Positions 50,142 through 63,125 of a stretch of DNA of 64,000 nucleotides are shown piece after piece; position 1 is the first letter of the stretch, and every line of letters begins with the position of its first letter. Origin of the DNA: Vicugna vicugna (lineage: Eukaryota); the NCBI GenBank assembly GCA_013265495.1, contig MU058716.1:130264-194263 (forward strand), written 5' to 3'. Under the pieces are notes generated by a model. It was not told the DNA's origin and made no database searches. It saw only the letters and a list, made by a program, of their open reading frames with translations. The position numbers and the translations under genes are program-made.

Positions 50142-53100
50142 TGTCTGGAGTATTTCAAAACAAATCTCAGATATCATGTCTGGCTGATCATTTTTAAATA
50201 AAATGATTGGCCCCTATCAAGGCCATTAGTGACCAATACAAAAAAAAAAAAACAAAACAAAAAAAACCTCCATCTTCCTTCTGATTTTACTTCAGGGCCT
50301 GAGGTTTTATTAATGCTCTCCTGGACAGACACATGCAACTGCGACATCAAAGCTCACACCTTCAGCCACTTCGCTGTTCCTGACGAAGAGTCCACACTGG
50401 CCTGTGAACACTGATTAGGACTTAAGCAGCAGTAAGAGTGGTTTATTATTTTATACTCTACGTATACTTGTTTTCCTCAGTAGCATTACAGTTTGATGAA
50501 ATCATCTAAACTGCATTAAAACTGAGCAGCTCGGTTATATAATCAATTCAGTTCTACTTCAACGCTGTTGCTGACTGGCTCAAGCCTGCTCATGTGTCAC
50601 CTGCGTGTAGCAGTACCGGGTGGAGGGTAAGGCCTGTTGTCCTGGCTGCTCTGGGACATCCCTAGCTCCCCCAACCTCCACCCCGATGTCTCAGCTGAGC
50701 TACACTCCATAATTAAGTAGGTTGGGCTGTAACCACAGGCTGAATGTTGAACACAATGACCTTGAAAGAGAGTTTGTCTAGAGAGTATAATTCGTTAATT
50801 TACCAAGTGTTTTTCTACTTAGCTTTAGTAGTTAAATAAATGTCTTTATATACATTACTATGCAGTCATGATATTTCATTTCAAATCAGTGTTAACCCGA
50901 GTATGTTCTCACCACCCCAAACTTACTGTCCACCATGTAACCAAGATGATATCACACCAACTAGTCTAGGCAGTGAGTTCTTAGAAAATTCCTGGTGTAC
51001 GGAACTGTTTAAAAAACCCGCCACTTCCACCCCTCACTGCCACTGAGCACTTCCTTCCCAGAGCCTTTAAATATCACTGAGGCAAGGAAAATACTATTTA
51101 TGGGATGGAAATTCAAAAATTTTGGTAAAATTTTAATTAAAAAATAATATTTTCAGTCTGGTATAATCAGTAAAGAGGGCAGAAGAGAAAAATAAGGATG
51201 CAAAACCAAAAAAAAGAGTTCATGACCAAATGAGGAAGTGTGATTCATTTAAATTAAGACTTCACTTGACCTCTTTCTCACTTGATGCTAACATCTTTTT
51301 AATCCTAAACCTCTATACATGAGCTAATTCAAATACATAAACTTGTAAATGTTTACTTATCATTTAAAACCATCTGTATTCCAAATTGCAATAAAAAGTT
51401 TCATAAATAAAATTTCATTGAATGAACTTTAAAAAGGAATAGCAGACCTTATTCCAGTGAATTCTCAGATTGAAATTCAAAAAGTGAGCACAAACCAGAA
51501 CCTGTGAGTACCTGGGCCTTAAAAGCCAAGACGTGGATGCAGCAGAAGAAAGCCTGAGAGCCCCGGCTGTACCGGGAGCAGCAGCGCTGGGGTTAAGGAG
51601 CCAGGCTGGCACTGAGTACACACCTTCCAGGAGGGCTTTGAAAGGAACCTTGGGAGCATGCAAGCAAAGTCAGTCCCAAGAATGATAAATGCACCGTATT
51701 CACTTTAGAATGCGCAAGCCTAGCACGCAGACTCCTGTTAGAAGAAGTGGAATCAGAGTGCACTCATTCGTGTCTCCTGAGAATTCTGAATTCTTCAAGC
51801 AGTCCACAAAGCTCATGTATCTTTCTTCATTACGGTGGGTTTTCGGGTTGACCCACTTTCCTTCAGGTTTAAGAATGTCAGTAAAGATGGGTTAATAGAG
51901 ACTCATTCTAACAATATTCCTAGTAAAATAAAGGAGGAGCAAGCAGAGAGACAGGGATGTTTAGAAAAAAAAAAGTTGAAGTCTTGGGTGAATCCTTATG
52001 AGTAAGGGAAGAGGCTGGGTAAAGCAGATGAAGGGTTCAAAACAACTGTCTTTAGGGAAAATTTAGTGAATTAAGAAACTTCCAACATTTACATTTCTTC
52101 ACCTACGACAGCACATACAGAAGAACCACAACTTCGACTCTGGGTTCACTCCCATTTCGTGCACGTCTTAAATGTCTCAGGCAGCGAGTACCACTCTTTG
52201 CGGGTTCTAAGACTATCCAGACCACCATCTTTCAGAAAGAGTCTCTTGAGACAGAACAGATTTTCTTTGACCAGAGCGACTTGCTGGGCACACAGCAGAC
52301 CTGTCACCGAGATCTGCACCCCAGTAAAGATTTCACAAGTGCAGCTCACTTTCTTGGTGTCGCAGTAATGAATCCCTGCCTATTTTAAGTTATTTTCCCT
52401 ACTCCCGGAAATAGCCTATTCTAACTTTCACTTCTTATTTTTGTGATTGAAAAAATAAGCTGAAATAATAAGCCCAACTTCCGTCAAATACCTCATTTTC
52501 AAGTATTAACGTGCCTACTTGTATATAAGAAAACCCGAGTACATTTATTTTTATTTTATTTCTTCAACTTTGACTCACAAAGGCCTTTTAGTTTAGTTCT
52601 TTTGTTTTTAACTCCAAGTAAATCATATACCAAATTACAAATAAATAACAACAATACTTTATAGGAAAAAAAGAAACAAAGCGATGTTTAGGAGAACGTC
52701 ATCCATGGATAAAAGTTGAAGGAAGAATTAAAAATTTTTTACAATAAAAAGTTACAAATGGTCTCAAAAATGGGTACATGCAAATACACAGAAAAATCAC
52801 CAGAAATCCTAGTAAAATAAACTCCTCCATTCCAAAAACCGAAGGACATCAGTAATTGTTTCTATGTCTAGATACTCAGGAACATTAACACATTAATTTC
52901 AGTTGTTATTGCTGGTAAGAAATGATTGATGAACATGGATCTGATGTAGGTATAAATACACATTTACCCTCCAGTTAAAGCAAATGACTTCTAAAGAAAA
53001 GTTTGAATGTTAGTATTCACTTTTCAGATGACAGAATTACCAACGTAAGTGTCACTAAATGTCTATGAAATGCATGTTTAACAAAGGCAATATCACTTTT

Positions 53101-55252
53101 TTGTGAACCAATGAAATGGCAGTTTTACCTACAGAGAGCACACGAAGGACAACCACCCTGCTCACTGAAACTCCTGCCTACATCTCAGCGTGTGGGTGCG
53201 AACTGAGAACCCCAAGTAAGAAATCGTCCATGACTTCTCATGTGGCAAAGAGATAAATGCCTACCTGCTAAACATTCGATTGTCTAGTTCTTAACCAGAA
53301 GGGCTGACTCCACTCCTGACACTCACATGCCCCACCCCAAGGTGCTGCCCCCCTGCAAGTGTGCGCCGGAGCAGGGGACCAGGCTGTGGTGCAGCGGAGG
53401 GGAGATGGGAGCCACCGTGACTATGACCAAGGCGCTGCCTCAGCCAGCCAACTGCTCTGGTAAAACCTGTCTTCTCCGTTTGTCTCACGCTAACCCCAGA
53501 GTCTGGCAATTAGTGTTATTCCCACTTCACAGACCAGAAACCTGAAATTCGAAACTCTCGCTCTGACCCCGGCAGTGGAGCACAGGGCCGGTGCCGCCTG
53601 CCCCAACCAGTCCCCAGCTCCAGCACTCTCTCCACCCCCAGTACAACTTCACATCACGTCTGTGGGTACTAACCAGGTATGTTAACCCTCAGCCACCCCG
53701 CCCAGGTCACTTGTAAAGAGATCAGTGCGAAGCAGCATCAGGACCTGCTGGAGAAATGCCGAGGGGACAGCGTCTGAGCTCTCCCTCCTACTGAAGACAT
53801 CTTAGATTGTTCCAGCAGTGACTGCCAACCTTCCCCGTTGTGACACAAAACAGAAAATGATACTATGTGCACGGCCTGCTGCTCAAGGTCAGAGCTGACC
53901 AGCCAGGAGTTCGAGCAGCCCCAAGCCCCAGCCAGCCGCTCCAGGGCCTGGGGACCTGCATGGGGACTGATGCACACCAGGGAGCAGGCTCTGACTTAAC
54001 AGTCCTAAAACTCCCGCCGCATGGTCCCAGCGGGCCAGACAAGGGAGCCAAATAAATCAGAGAAGCAATACAAGAGAAATGAAATTGAAAAAATCCTCAG
54101 GGTTTAACTCTTACAGACCGTGGGGAGGTTTCTTTTCCTAACGTTGACTCTGGACACATCCAAGCAGCACCCTGTAGAGGATATGGACAAATTACAGCCC
54201 AGTTCTGCCAGGTATCAGGGTGGGAGCTAGCCAAAGAGCCGAAATCACCAAGGCAGAATTCATTTAATACTGCAAATCTACCACCACTAAAAGAAAAGCC
54301 CTAAAAACTAATGACTCTATAAGGTTTTCCCACAGACTACAGCTTGCTTTAGCAGCCAAGTCATAAGTTAAGACTTGACACTTTTTGTAGGTAGTATTAT
54401 TTTCTGAGGGAAAACAGAAAATACATCTAAAATCTTAACACTGTACTTGGATCAACACAGTAATTAACATCATACATATTCCTGTACCTAACTAGCTTTT
54501 TCTAAAAAACATTTTTTTCAGTCCTTTTTCCATCTTTTCCTCCCCACTTTTCTTCCCAGCTCTCATATTTTAGTGAAGTATTTTTATGTACCAAACATAA
54601 AAATTCTTGAATTGGGAAAAGACTAGTGCTTTAACTGGAGCAAAAAGCACAGAATTAACAGCCAATTAAAATGCGCAAGACTAAATGTGAATGTATCTGT
54701 TTATTTCCAGCTTTTGGTGCTTAAAATTTCAAATAAAATGATCTGTCCAATCGCTTTAGTTTAAAAAAGATAAATCATTTTTCCATCCTCTTCTAGAAAA
54801 AGCTGTAGCACAAATTAACACAGTAGAGAATTACATTCGAAACATAATTTAGAAAACATATGTACCTCTTCTAGATTCGTCAGTATAAAATGTAATTGTT
54901 GGTAACAAAGGCCAACAAGAATGAAACATACTTTATATCTCATCAGGGTCACATGCATCATAAAGGCAGTGAGCTTTAAACCTGTATGAGGCACGAACAT
55001 AAACATACAGACAGGAGAGACCCTCCCTTTGCATTTACCTCAAGGTTTTCTTCTATTTGGTAAAACATTCTTTTAGTTTTCAAAAGTCTACAACAGCTGT
55101 TAGGCCCAATCTCTCACTTCTCTGACACGCTTTTCCCACACAGCTTAGTATTATGATGCACCGTGACAAGGGCGCTTTAGTCCAAAACCAGGCGCTCCAG
55201 TAGCGCAACAGGCTCAGGCGAGTGCTAGGCCCCTCCGGCGCGGCATACATAC

Positions 55253-55395
55253 TGTATTGCCCCGTGCTGGTCTGGTAAATGCTAGTCGGCACTGCCATCG
55301 CAGCCACGTGAGGGGGCACGCCTTCCTCCTCTGACTTTTCTTCTTCAATCTTGGGAACACCAGGCACATCAGAGGAAAGTTCATTCAGTATTTTT
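55253..55395 (-). CDS. CREM: CREM exon F (KID second half)
   Basis: 143 nt, phase 2-1; KILNELSSDVPGVPKIEEEKSEEEGVPPHVAAMAVPTSIYQTSTGQY; TTTTAG acceptor and GTATGT donor. Confidence 0.97.
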
Positions 55396-55535
55396 CTAAA
55401 ATATAATTTGACAGTATAAATGATTAAGATGCATGAATGAGATTTAAAGCAGAAAAAGCTACAACGGGAGAACCCATTTGATGCACAATTATTCTCCCTT
55501 TTTGGAAAAAGTATCATGACAGTATCATGACTTAC

Positions 55536-55633
55536 CTATAAGAGGGTCTTCGTGAAAGGATTTCTCTCCGTTTCTGAGAGTCAGTTACACCTTCCGATTC
55601 TGCAGAGTCATCAGCCTCTGCGACGGCTACTAC
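55536..55633 (-). CDS. CREM: CREM exon E (KID/P-box first half, PKA site RRPSY)
   Basis: 98 nt, TTGTAG acceptor and GTAAGT donor; VVAVAEADDSAESEGVTDSQKRREILSRRPSY(R); Ser codon at 55541-55543. Confidence 0.97.
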
Positions 55634-57789
55634 CTACAACACAAGAGTTCCTGGAATGCAATGCGAAATCCGCGCTGTCTCACTCACGGCCCAGGGCCCA
55701 GGGTCTCAGTGCGGCACCAGGCCGGCGCACCGAGTCGGGCGCACACGGACCCCAGCACCCAGGCTGCAGGGCCAGCCGGCGGGCCTGGGACGGCCGCGTA
55801 CAGGTGCCGCAGAAACACAAATGTCAGGCGAGCCTTCACAGGAAAGCACTAGATGTAGGGACTTAAGACCTAAGATCCAGCCCTGGGAACACTCTCATGA
55901 ATCCAGCCGGGGCCGCTGGCCACGACAGCAGGAGAGTCTCGGTTTCATAGCACCACTGCTGACCTGAGGTGGGTCTCCAGGCTATACCCTGGATACGTCT
56001 GTGGAAGAAGCAACTTGTTTAAGCAGATGAACACACAACAAGCCTGGTTAAAGTCAGGCTTTACCTTTAAGAAGTGGGCTGGGGCTTGGTCTTGAAAGTC
56101 AAAATAAGGAATTACTCCTTAAAAGAAAGATCCCAGTTTTAAGCATGAGTTCACTTTTCAAGTAATCATATAATATAATAACATGGTTATTAAAGAAAGT
56201 CAGAAAACTGAACTAATGGCCTCTTTACAACACGACTGCTCTCAGTACATTCAGCCACTTATTACTCAGGGCCTAGCATAAAACTCAGTTTACTTATCAC
56301 ACTTACGTGGGCATTTGATTTGGGCACAATCAAAAGAGCTTACTAAAGTACCAAAAATGCAAGCAGGAGGATGTATTTCCCAAGGCACACGGCTGTGCAC
56401 AGGTGTTCACCTGCATGCTTGACAGTGCGCCTCTGGTGGTGGACACCCCACACACAAGCACTCTCACCCATGAGTAGAAGCTGTTAGAGAAAATGTCGTT
56501 GCAATCAGACAACCACACCTCACCACCTGCTAGTCACCACTTCATGCTGGGCTTTCACACATCTCTCATATAATCACAGCAGCCTCCTCGTGAGGCTGGA
56601 CTTTAGAAAGTAAAAACTGAAGTTTATCATTCAACAGGTAGGAATTCTGAAACAAGATCCACAGGCACCTATCTCTAACACAATTAAATCATCCATTTAG
56701 CAAAATCCAGAAGAGCCTACTGAGGATGGGAACCCGCCAGGTGAAAACCAGGTGGAGACATCTGCACTCAGTGAAAGTCGTAACACAAGGAGAGTGCAAA
56801 GGCCTTCTTGCTTCATAATTAGGGTCAGAGTCAGAAACTCCCAGAATCAAACAAAGGTCATCCCCAAAAAAAAGACAACACTGAGGCTCGTTCCTACGCT
56901 TCCAAACGACGAGAAAGACCACCACACCGAGAGCTAACCAAGCCTTAAGGCACATGGGGACTGCTTCCAGTGCCGCGTTGCAGGCCTCAGCCCATCCCGC
57001 AAAGAACCAGGTTCAACTTGCACGAAAAGGACAAGACTGTAAGCAGCTACATTTTCCTCAGCATCTTTTTGTCAACAATTAGGTTCAAATAATTTAAACA
57101 TTTAAATGATAGTAACAGATCTTAAAAAGGAACAGAAATAAATTCAGCAAAAGAGAAAAGTATGCTTTAAAAAAATGCACACTTAATAATTCACATCTAT
57201 TGATGCCAAAAATGTTTTGGCTTCAAGAAATGTTAAGCATTTATGACCAACTTTGATATTAATAAATAAAAAACTACATCTCTGGTTCACAACCACAACA
57301 CTAACCGTGTCTTAAAAAAACCAAGGTTTAATCTGACATACGAACATAACAGCAGGGAAACAACAGGATCACGTCACACACACCGAATTAACAATGAACC
57401 TAAACGTCCACCCACTACCGTGAGTATCGGGGGCAGGGGGCATCAGTGCTGCAGACCTCATGTCACCATGCGCATCAGACATTGCCGGAGAATCCTCCAA
57501 GTACTTCCCAGCACCTCTGGAGAGCTCAGCTGACACACTGAGTTTGAGCCCAGAGCAACAGCATAAAGCAGAGTGACTCGGAGCCGAAAAGGAGACCGCA
57601 ACCCAAGTCAGATCCGTGCAGCCCGCCCAGCCCAGTGCACCTCGCACACAAGGAGGAAACCCCTCCAAGCGCTTCACAGTGGTATTTGAGCATAAAAGCT
57701 ACACAAAGAAAATGATGATAAATGGATTAGTAAAAGAAAAAAAAAAGCTCAAGGAGGTCAAAGGCTGATCACCCGGGAAGGAAGCTGAC

Positions 57790-57936
57790 CTGCACCGCCT
57801 GTATCTGTGGTGACGGGGTGCTCGATGGCTGTGGTGTCTGAATTACTTCCTGGACATGGACAGTCTGGCCCGAAGGTAACTGTACCAGAGTCACAGTGGG
57901 GGAGCCTCTTCCGGTGCCTGGTCCAGCTACAGAAAC
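57790..57936 (-). CDS. CREM: CREM exon C (glutamine-rich Q1 domain)
   Basis: 147 nt, phase 0-0, TTTGCAG acceptor and GTCAGC donor; VSVAGPGTGRGSPTVTLVQLPSGQTVHVQEVIQTPQPSSTPSPQIQAVQ. Confidence 0.95.
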
Positions 57937-58076
57937 CTGCAAAGTGATCATCGTGGAGGATTAAGGCTGGACCTTCTCTTCGCCCTTTCCGTTTTTCTTA
58001 AAGAGACACCATTCACTGTTAGGACTGGCCTGGTTTCCCTGCTTCTAAGAAATGGCAGGCAAGCCAGGGTCCTTAC

Positions 58077-58125
58077 CATTAGGAGATGGTTACTGTCCTG
58101 GAACGGTCATCCCCTGATGTGACAC
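58077..58125 (-). other. CREM: Probable CREM theta2 first exon (3' part), ending in ATG that splices in frame to exon C or E
   Basis: ATG|GTAAGG donor (ATG 58079-58077), 140 nt upstream of the exon C acceptor; 5' boundary unknown. Confidence 0.55.
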
Positions 58126-59409
58126 ATACTAAAGAACCCATGCTCCTCACTTTCGGGTCCCATGCTTCGGTGGCTAAGAATGTTCCAAGCATGAGGTTCT
58201 AAAGCAGTTAAACTACCTCACTAGGACTGCACGGCTACCAAGAAGTGAAGCCTTCTTTAGGCCAGAGTATAAGCCACCCTCTACTTCTAGAGAGAAATTA
58301 GAGGCAGAACTTAAACATGGTACATTGTTTCTTAATAAATGAAACTTGTTACATATATTACAGTGGCTAGTCTTCCAGATACCAGCTGATGCCTCATCTC
58401 TATACTGATGAAAACTGCCATTACTCTTGTGCCCCTGTAGTCGCAAAAAAGGCCCCGGCCAAAAAAACCCCAGGACCTCTCATGCCCCCAGCGTCTCTGA
58501 ACCAGAGAAAGCCCCCTCCCCACGCCCCAGCATCCAGAGAGGCCCAGAAGCTTCCCGAGCTCACACGGGAGGAGAGGGCCACCACTTCCCGGCTACCCTG
58601 GGTGCCTTTGACAAAGATCCCTGCGCAGAACACAATAAACCTTCACTCCTCTGGACTTCAAAACCTGCCAAGTTTCTAGTTTGTAAATAACTCGCTCCTA
58701 TGGGCCAGAGTAATCTTAGAAACTCTGCCTCGTTCTACTGAGTTTCACTCTTCATTATGACTTGCTCAAAACAGTCAAAGACTTTGGAAATGAAGGAGGC
58801 TACTGGTTTCTATCGTGAGTGGTAGGAAAGCATAGAAGCTAAAACATTTTCAAGAAAGCCTCTGCGGGAAAGCCTTACTTTAAGGAAAACCAGTCATTTC
58901 CAAACTATTTACATTAATACTTTTTAAAAAGTACTCAAAACTGGGTTTACATGCATTAGGTTTATTTACGACATCATTCCCTTGGAAGGCACACGTCTTT
59001 GGCAATCCAAAAGAACAAACTCTTTCATCCGTGAGAGGGAACCTATGCGGAGAGCATTGAATTAGGTGCACTAGTGTAGAAACAGAATTGCTAAGACCAA
59101 CACCTGAGAAACAATAGCACATACACACACTGTGGAACGAACTGCTCTGCTGGCCAGGTCATGAAAACCACAGGCCAGAAAGGGCAGTGTAGCCTGAACC
59201 ACGGGTGGGGGCCTTGCTGCAGCCTGGACACCAGGGGAAAGAAACGTGGGAAGCCAGGCCAGGGGCACCCAACATATAGCTCAAGAAGCAGGTTCAGCCC
59301 GCCTACCCTAGAGTACCACTGCCTATTTAGATTTTAGGGAAAAGAAAAGGGTCCTTCCATGATGGAGCCAGCAGATTTAACACCCGGAAGTTTAAAAACC
59401 ACTGGATTT

Positions 59410-59502
59410 GGGGGAGGATACAGCTCAGTGGTAGAGCACATGCTTAGCATGCACGAGGTCCTGGTTCTATCCCCAGTATCTCCATTCAAAAAAAAACAAA
59501 TA
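59410..59502 (+). mobile_element. tRNA-derived SINE (Vic-1-like) with 18-bp TSD
   Basis: TTAAAAACCAYTGGATTT at 59392-59409 and 59503-59520. Confidence 0.92.
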
Positions 59503-59809
59503 TTAAAAACCATTGGATTTGTTGTACAAATGTTTCCAGCACAAAAGGCAATTCCGCGTGAATTACAAAAAGGCATCCACGTCCTTGTGAACCAACTGCC
59601 AAAAGGTATTCCTCTGCCACACAACTAAAGCTCAGACTTTTTAGCCTCAGGACACTTTACACTCTGAAAAACTACTGATGACCTCAAAGAACCTCTGTTC
59701 ATGTAATGTATATCCAGCAGGATAAACGCCTGTAAATGTCTGCAGCCAGCTCCTGGGAAGACAGAACACTGTGTGTAACGTTTGCGGCCTGTGTAACGTG
59801 AACACTGCC

Positions 59810-61237
59810 ACTACAGCAGATTTCTCAGCTCCCAGCGATGTCACCGGACACCAAACTGCAAAGGGTGTGCACTACCAGCTCTCCCAAGTCACCACTGCTT
59901 ACGTGCACTGACATTTGCCACATCAGAAATCAACTCTGAGAAGTTTTTAAATATTTAGTAACTCATTTTAAAATAATGATAATAATTCCATCACATGCTA
60001 ACATCAATGACATTTTATGAAGATGAATTATTTTCCAAAACAAAATAATTCGTGACAAGAGTGTCAATGTTTTACATTTTTCAAATTCTTTTAATGTCTG
60101 GTTTAACTGAAAACAACTAGATTTTCATACCTATTTCTGCACTGAATCAGTTGCAAGGTGTTGTTTTAGTCAGTACGTGAAGAGAAGACGCCTTCCACAG
60201 AGATATGCTTGGGAAAGGAGGAGTATTTCAATCGCTTTTTCAGAAAAATGTGGACATTCTTCTGTGATACTACACCCAAACTCAGCAAGCGGTTGTCTCT
60301 TAATGTTAGCTGCCATGTGGAATCTGAAAACCGATCAGTTATGTCAAAATCCACTGGTCTGTCTTATACTTTGGATAGCTCTTTAGCCAGGTATGATTTT
60401 GGAACATCATGTGGTCATTACTAAAAAAATACTGGCTCACTGAATTAAGTAGGCCTCCCAAATGCTGACACATTTCATGATATACTATCCAAAACTCACA
60501 TTCATTAAATCAACATCAGTTTCATCAGAAGACGATAAATACTGGGGCACTGTCAAGCTCAAAATGGCAGGTGCAGGTTTTCCAAAACTCAAAACTTCCA
60601 TTTAAAAGCTTGAGTTCTATCATTGGCAATAAACATTGTTAATTGTTTTCCTTGAAGTGACAAGCTTATGACTTCATTTGCTTTGGGGAAAATGTTTTTC
60701 AAATACTTGAATTGAACAGCCACAGTCTGGCTATTTGCCATTGTTTCAAGAAAAATTATGTTCTGTGGGGAAAAAACACAGCTAGTTCATGTTGCCACTC
60801 AGACAATAACTCAAGTGTTTTTTCTCAAGAACACCATCAGTCTCCAGGAGGCACAAGAATGCTTCTATGAACGTCCCAGTTTCACAGCACAGAATATGAA
60901 GACAACATGTACCTGAGTCTCAAGATTTAACTCAATCGGTAACATTTACTGGTTCATCAGGGGCTTTTTTTTCAACTGGAACTGGATGCGGTTTTGTGCC
61001 ACTGACTTGACTGTGCTGAGGCGCCAACAGGCTTACCCCCTGCTGTTTCTGCACCATCAGGGCAAACGCCAATACAGAGAAAAAAGAAAAAGAAATCTTA
61101 GCATGATTGTGAAGACAGTTTTGTCCTCACAAACCTCCAGGCATGACTTTGCAACATCATACAGTAGTTATTTGGAACATACCAAGTCCTTGGAGTCTCC
61201 CCCCAGGGTTCCAGGCACCCCACTTTGAAAACCACTG
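59810..61237. mobile_element. Probable hAT-Charlie DNA transposon relic
   Basis: Charlie-like internal text and terminus cactttgaaaaccactg; left boundary approximate. Confidence 0.6.
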
Positions 61238-62519
61238 CTCTGGCCTCACGCAGCCCCAGGTTCTGCTCACAGCTCAGAGGGCAAAGTGCTGACGCAGGCT
61301 GCGGTTTCAGCCTGGCCACAGCAGCACATCCAGTAATCCTGACGGAGCATCCACATATCAAAGACTGAGCGAAGCAGAGTATGAACTGTATCCCACAGTA
61401 GCACATGCAAGCATCCTCGCAAACCAGACCTGGGGGCCCAAATGCAGACAGGGCCCCACTCATGTCTGTGGCGGAATGCCCCAGCTTCAGAGACATCGGA
61501 GACTGAGAAGATCAACTCCAGGAAGAATTATAGAGTTTTGATAAGTATAAATCATGCCTTCACTTGCTTTGATTATTTTTCAAGTATAATTTTCAGGATT
61601 TTAAATGATTAAGCAGTGAGCTATCAAAATGGCTTAGTGTCAAGGAAATCTGCTATAGAACGGAGCTGTTCCCACTAGTACGAAACTATACGCATACAAT
61701 TCTGGAGATGAGTTACACGAATCTGGAGCCACAGTGAACACCATGTGTCCAACTCTGGGCAATATGAAAGTCCCCGGGACCACTCTTTCATTAATTAGAG
61801 GCTGAGAAGCAGCCCAAGTGACGTGCCCTAGAGTTACAATTCCAATGTGTCCTCACCACCAACAGCAAAACCCTTAGACCTAGAGCTGCCAGGCTTTCTC
61901 CATCCTCACTAGTTTTGCCAAAACTGCTAAGTGACCAGCATTAAGCTTATAACTGTATTGGCAGAGTTAAAGGACAAACTTCATCATTATTCACAGAAAA
62001 CGTCATGTGGCTCCTCACCTTTAACCTCTGAGCACTATTACCGTGTTACTCTACGCGGACTACAGAGTGCCCTTGGAGGAGGCTACGGTGCTCAGGGGTA
62101 GGAACGCGCGAGGTGGCCCCAAGGCCAAAAACGGACAATGAAGAAGCAGCTTTTTGTTTGTGTGCAAGGTGGCAGGGTCAGTTCTAGGCTGAAAGCAATG
62201 GGAGGCAACCAGGCGCAGAGGATGGACAGATGCTGGCTCAAGCTCAGACAGCAAATAAAGACGGGAGAAAGACTGAAGACAGCTGTCTAGACAGAGCACT
62301 GTGATTACTCTGTTCCTGGGGCACGAACAGAATTCTCAAGAAGCCCCAGGAAGAGAAGAGGAGGGAGTCTCTCCTGAAGACTGCTGTGTGGGACACGAAA
62401 CTCAGCTCACTTGAACTAAAGTGTGCATACTTCGGGTGGAAGGAGAAAAATCTTCCTCATAAGCATCAAACTCCAAGACTCCAATAAGTAAATCTCACAG
62501 AAACAAGTCACAAGTACGA

Positions 62520-62770
62520 ATTAACTCATTCTTTTATTGACTAAGTGTCCTGCCCTGTGGACCTGTCTAGACAATGGGGATACAGCAGGTAACAAGAGAA
62601 GTCTGAGCTCCCAGATCAGAAGGAGACAGAAAACTGATGACGAGACAAATATGATTTGGGGTGGTGCTAAATTCTTAACAGAAAAATAAAGTAAGGTAAC
62701 TGGCAAGGTGGTAGGGGGGAGGGTGGAAGGAAGCTAAATGAAGTACACCTGCTGTGGAAAGCTCCCCAGA
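62520..62770 (-). mobile_element. L2 3' fragment
   Basis: ctcattcttttattgactaagtgtcc tail and purine-rich body. Confidence 0.5.
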
Positions 62771-62976
62771 GGAGAGAACATTTGCCCAAAAAGCCCAAAA
62801 GAAAAGAGGGGAAGACAGCCTTGGGGAGATACATGAGTACCATCATCATCCAATGATCAAGTGGGCAGCTGCTCAAAAGCAGAGACATAAGATGGAGCAT
62901 TTTATGCTTCATAGTTTATACCCTTTTGTGAGGCTTTAACAGTGCATGAAATGGACTCACAGCAGACCTACTTTAC

Positions 62977-63054
62977 CTTCTTTTGCAGACCTCCTGAAGA
63001 ATAATCTCTTTCTACAGGGCGACTGGAACACAGGTTATGCCGATGCCACCACAT
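62977..63054 (-). CDS. CREM: CREM alternative first coding exon theta1 (testis P3 type), MWWHRHNLCSSRPVERDYSSGGLQKK
   Basis: ATG at 63054, 26 codons, phase-0 donor AAG|GTAAAG compatible with the phase-0 acceptors of exons C and E; resembles the recalled human theta1 N-terminus (MWWHQHNLCF...). Confidence 0.85.
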
Positions 63055-63107
63055 TCACCGGAAACCCCACAACAGACAGTAGTCAGTCAGAAGAAATGAT
63101 AAATTAA

Positions 63108-63125
63108 GATGACGCAACTGACGGC
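63108..63125. promoter_or_regulatory. Tandem CRE half-sites upstream of theta1 (putative P3 promoter)
   Basis: TGACGCAA at 63110-63117 and TGACG at 63119-63123, about 55-70 bp upstream of the theta1 ATG. Confidence 0.5.

Noticed and set aside
55510..55531. 11-bp tandem duplication next to the exon E donor
   Set aside because: The GTAAGT donor is intact; probably a neutral micro-duplication
59410..59485. tRNA-Ala-like sequences (also at about 24273, 35256, 36800, 41967, 44486, 48289 and 50060)
   Set aside because: Multiple diverged copies with AT-rich tails and target-site duplications indicate SINEs, not tRNA genes
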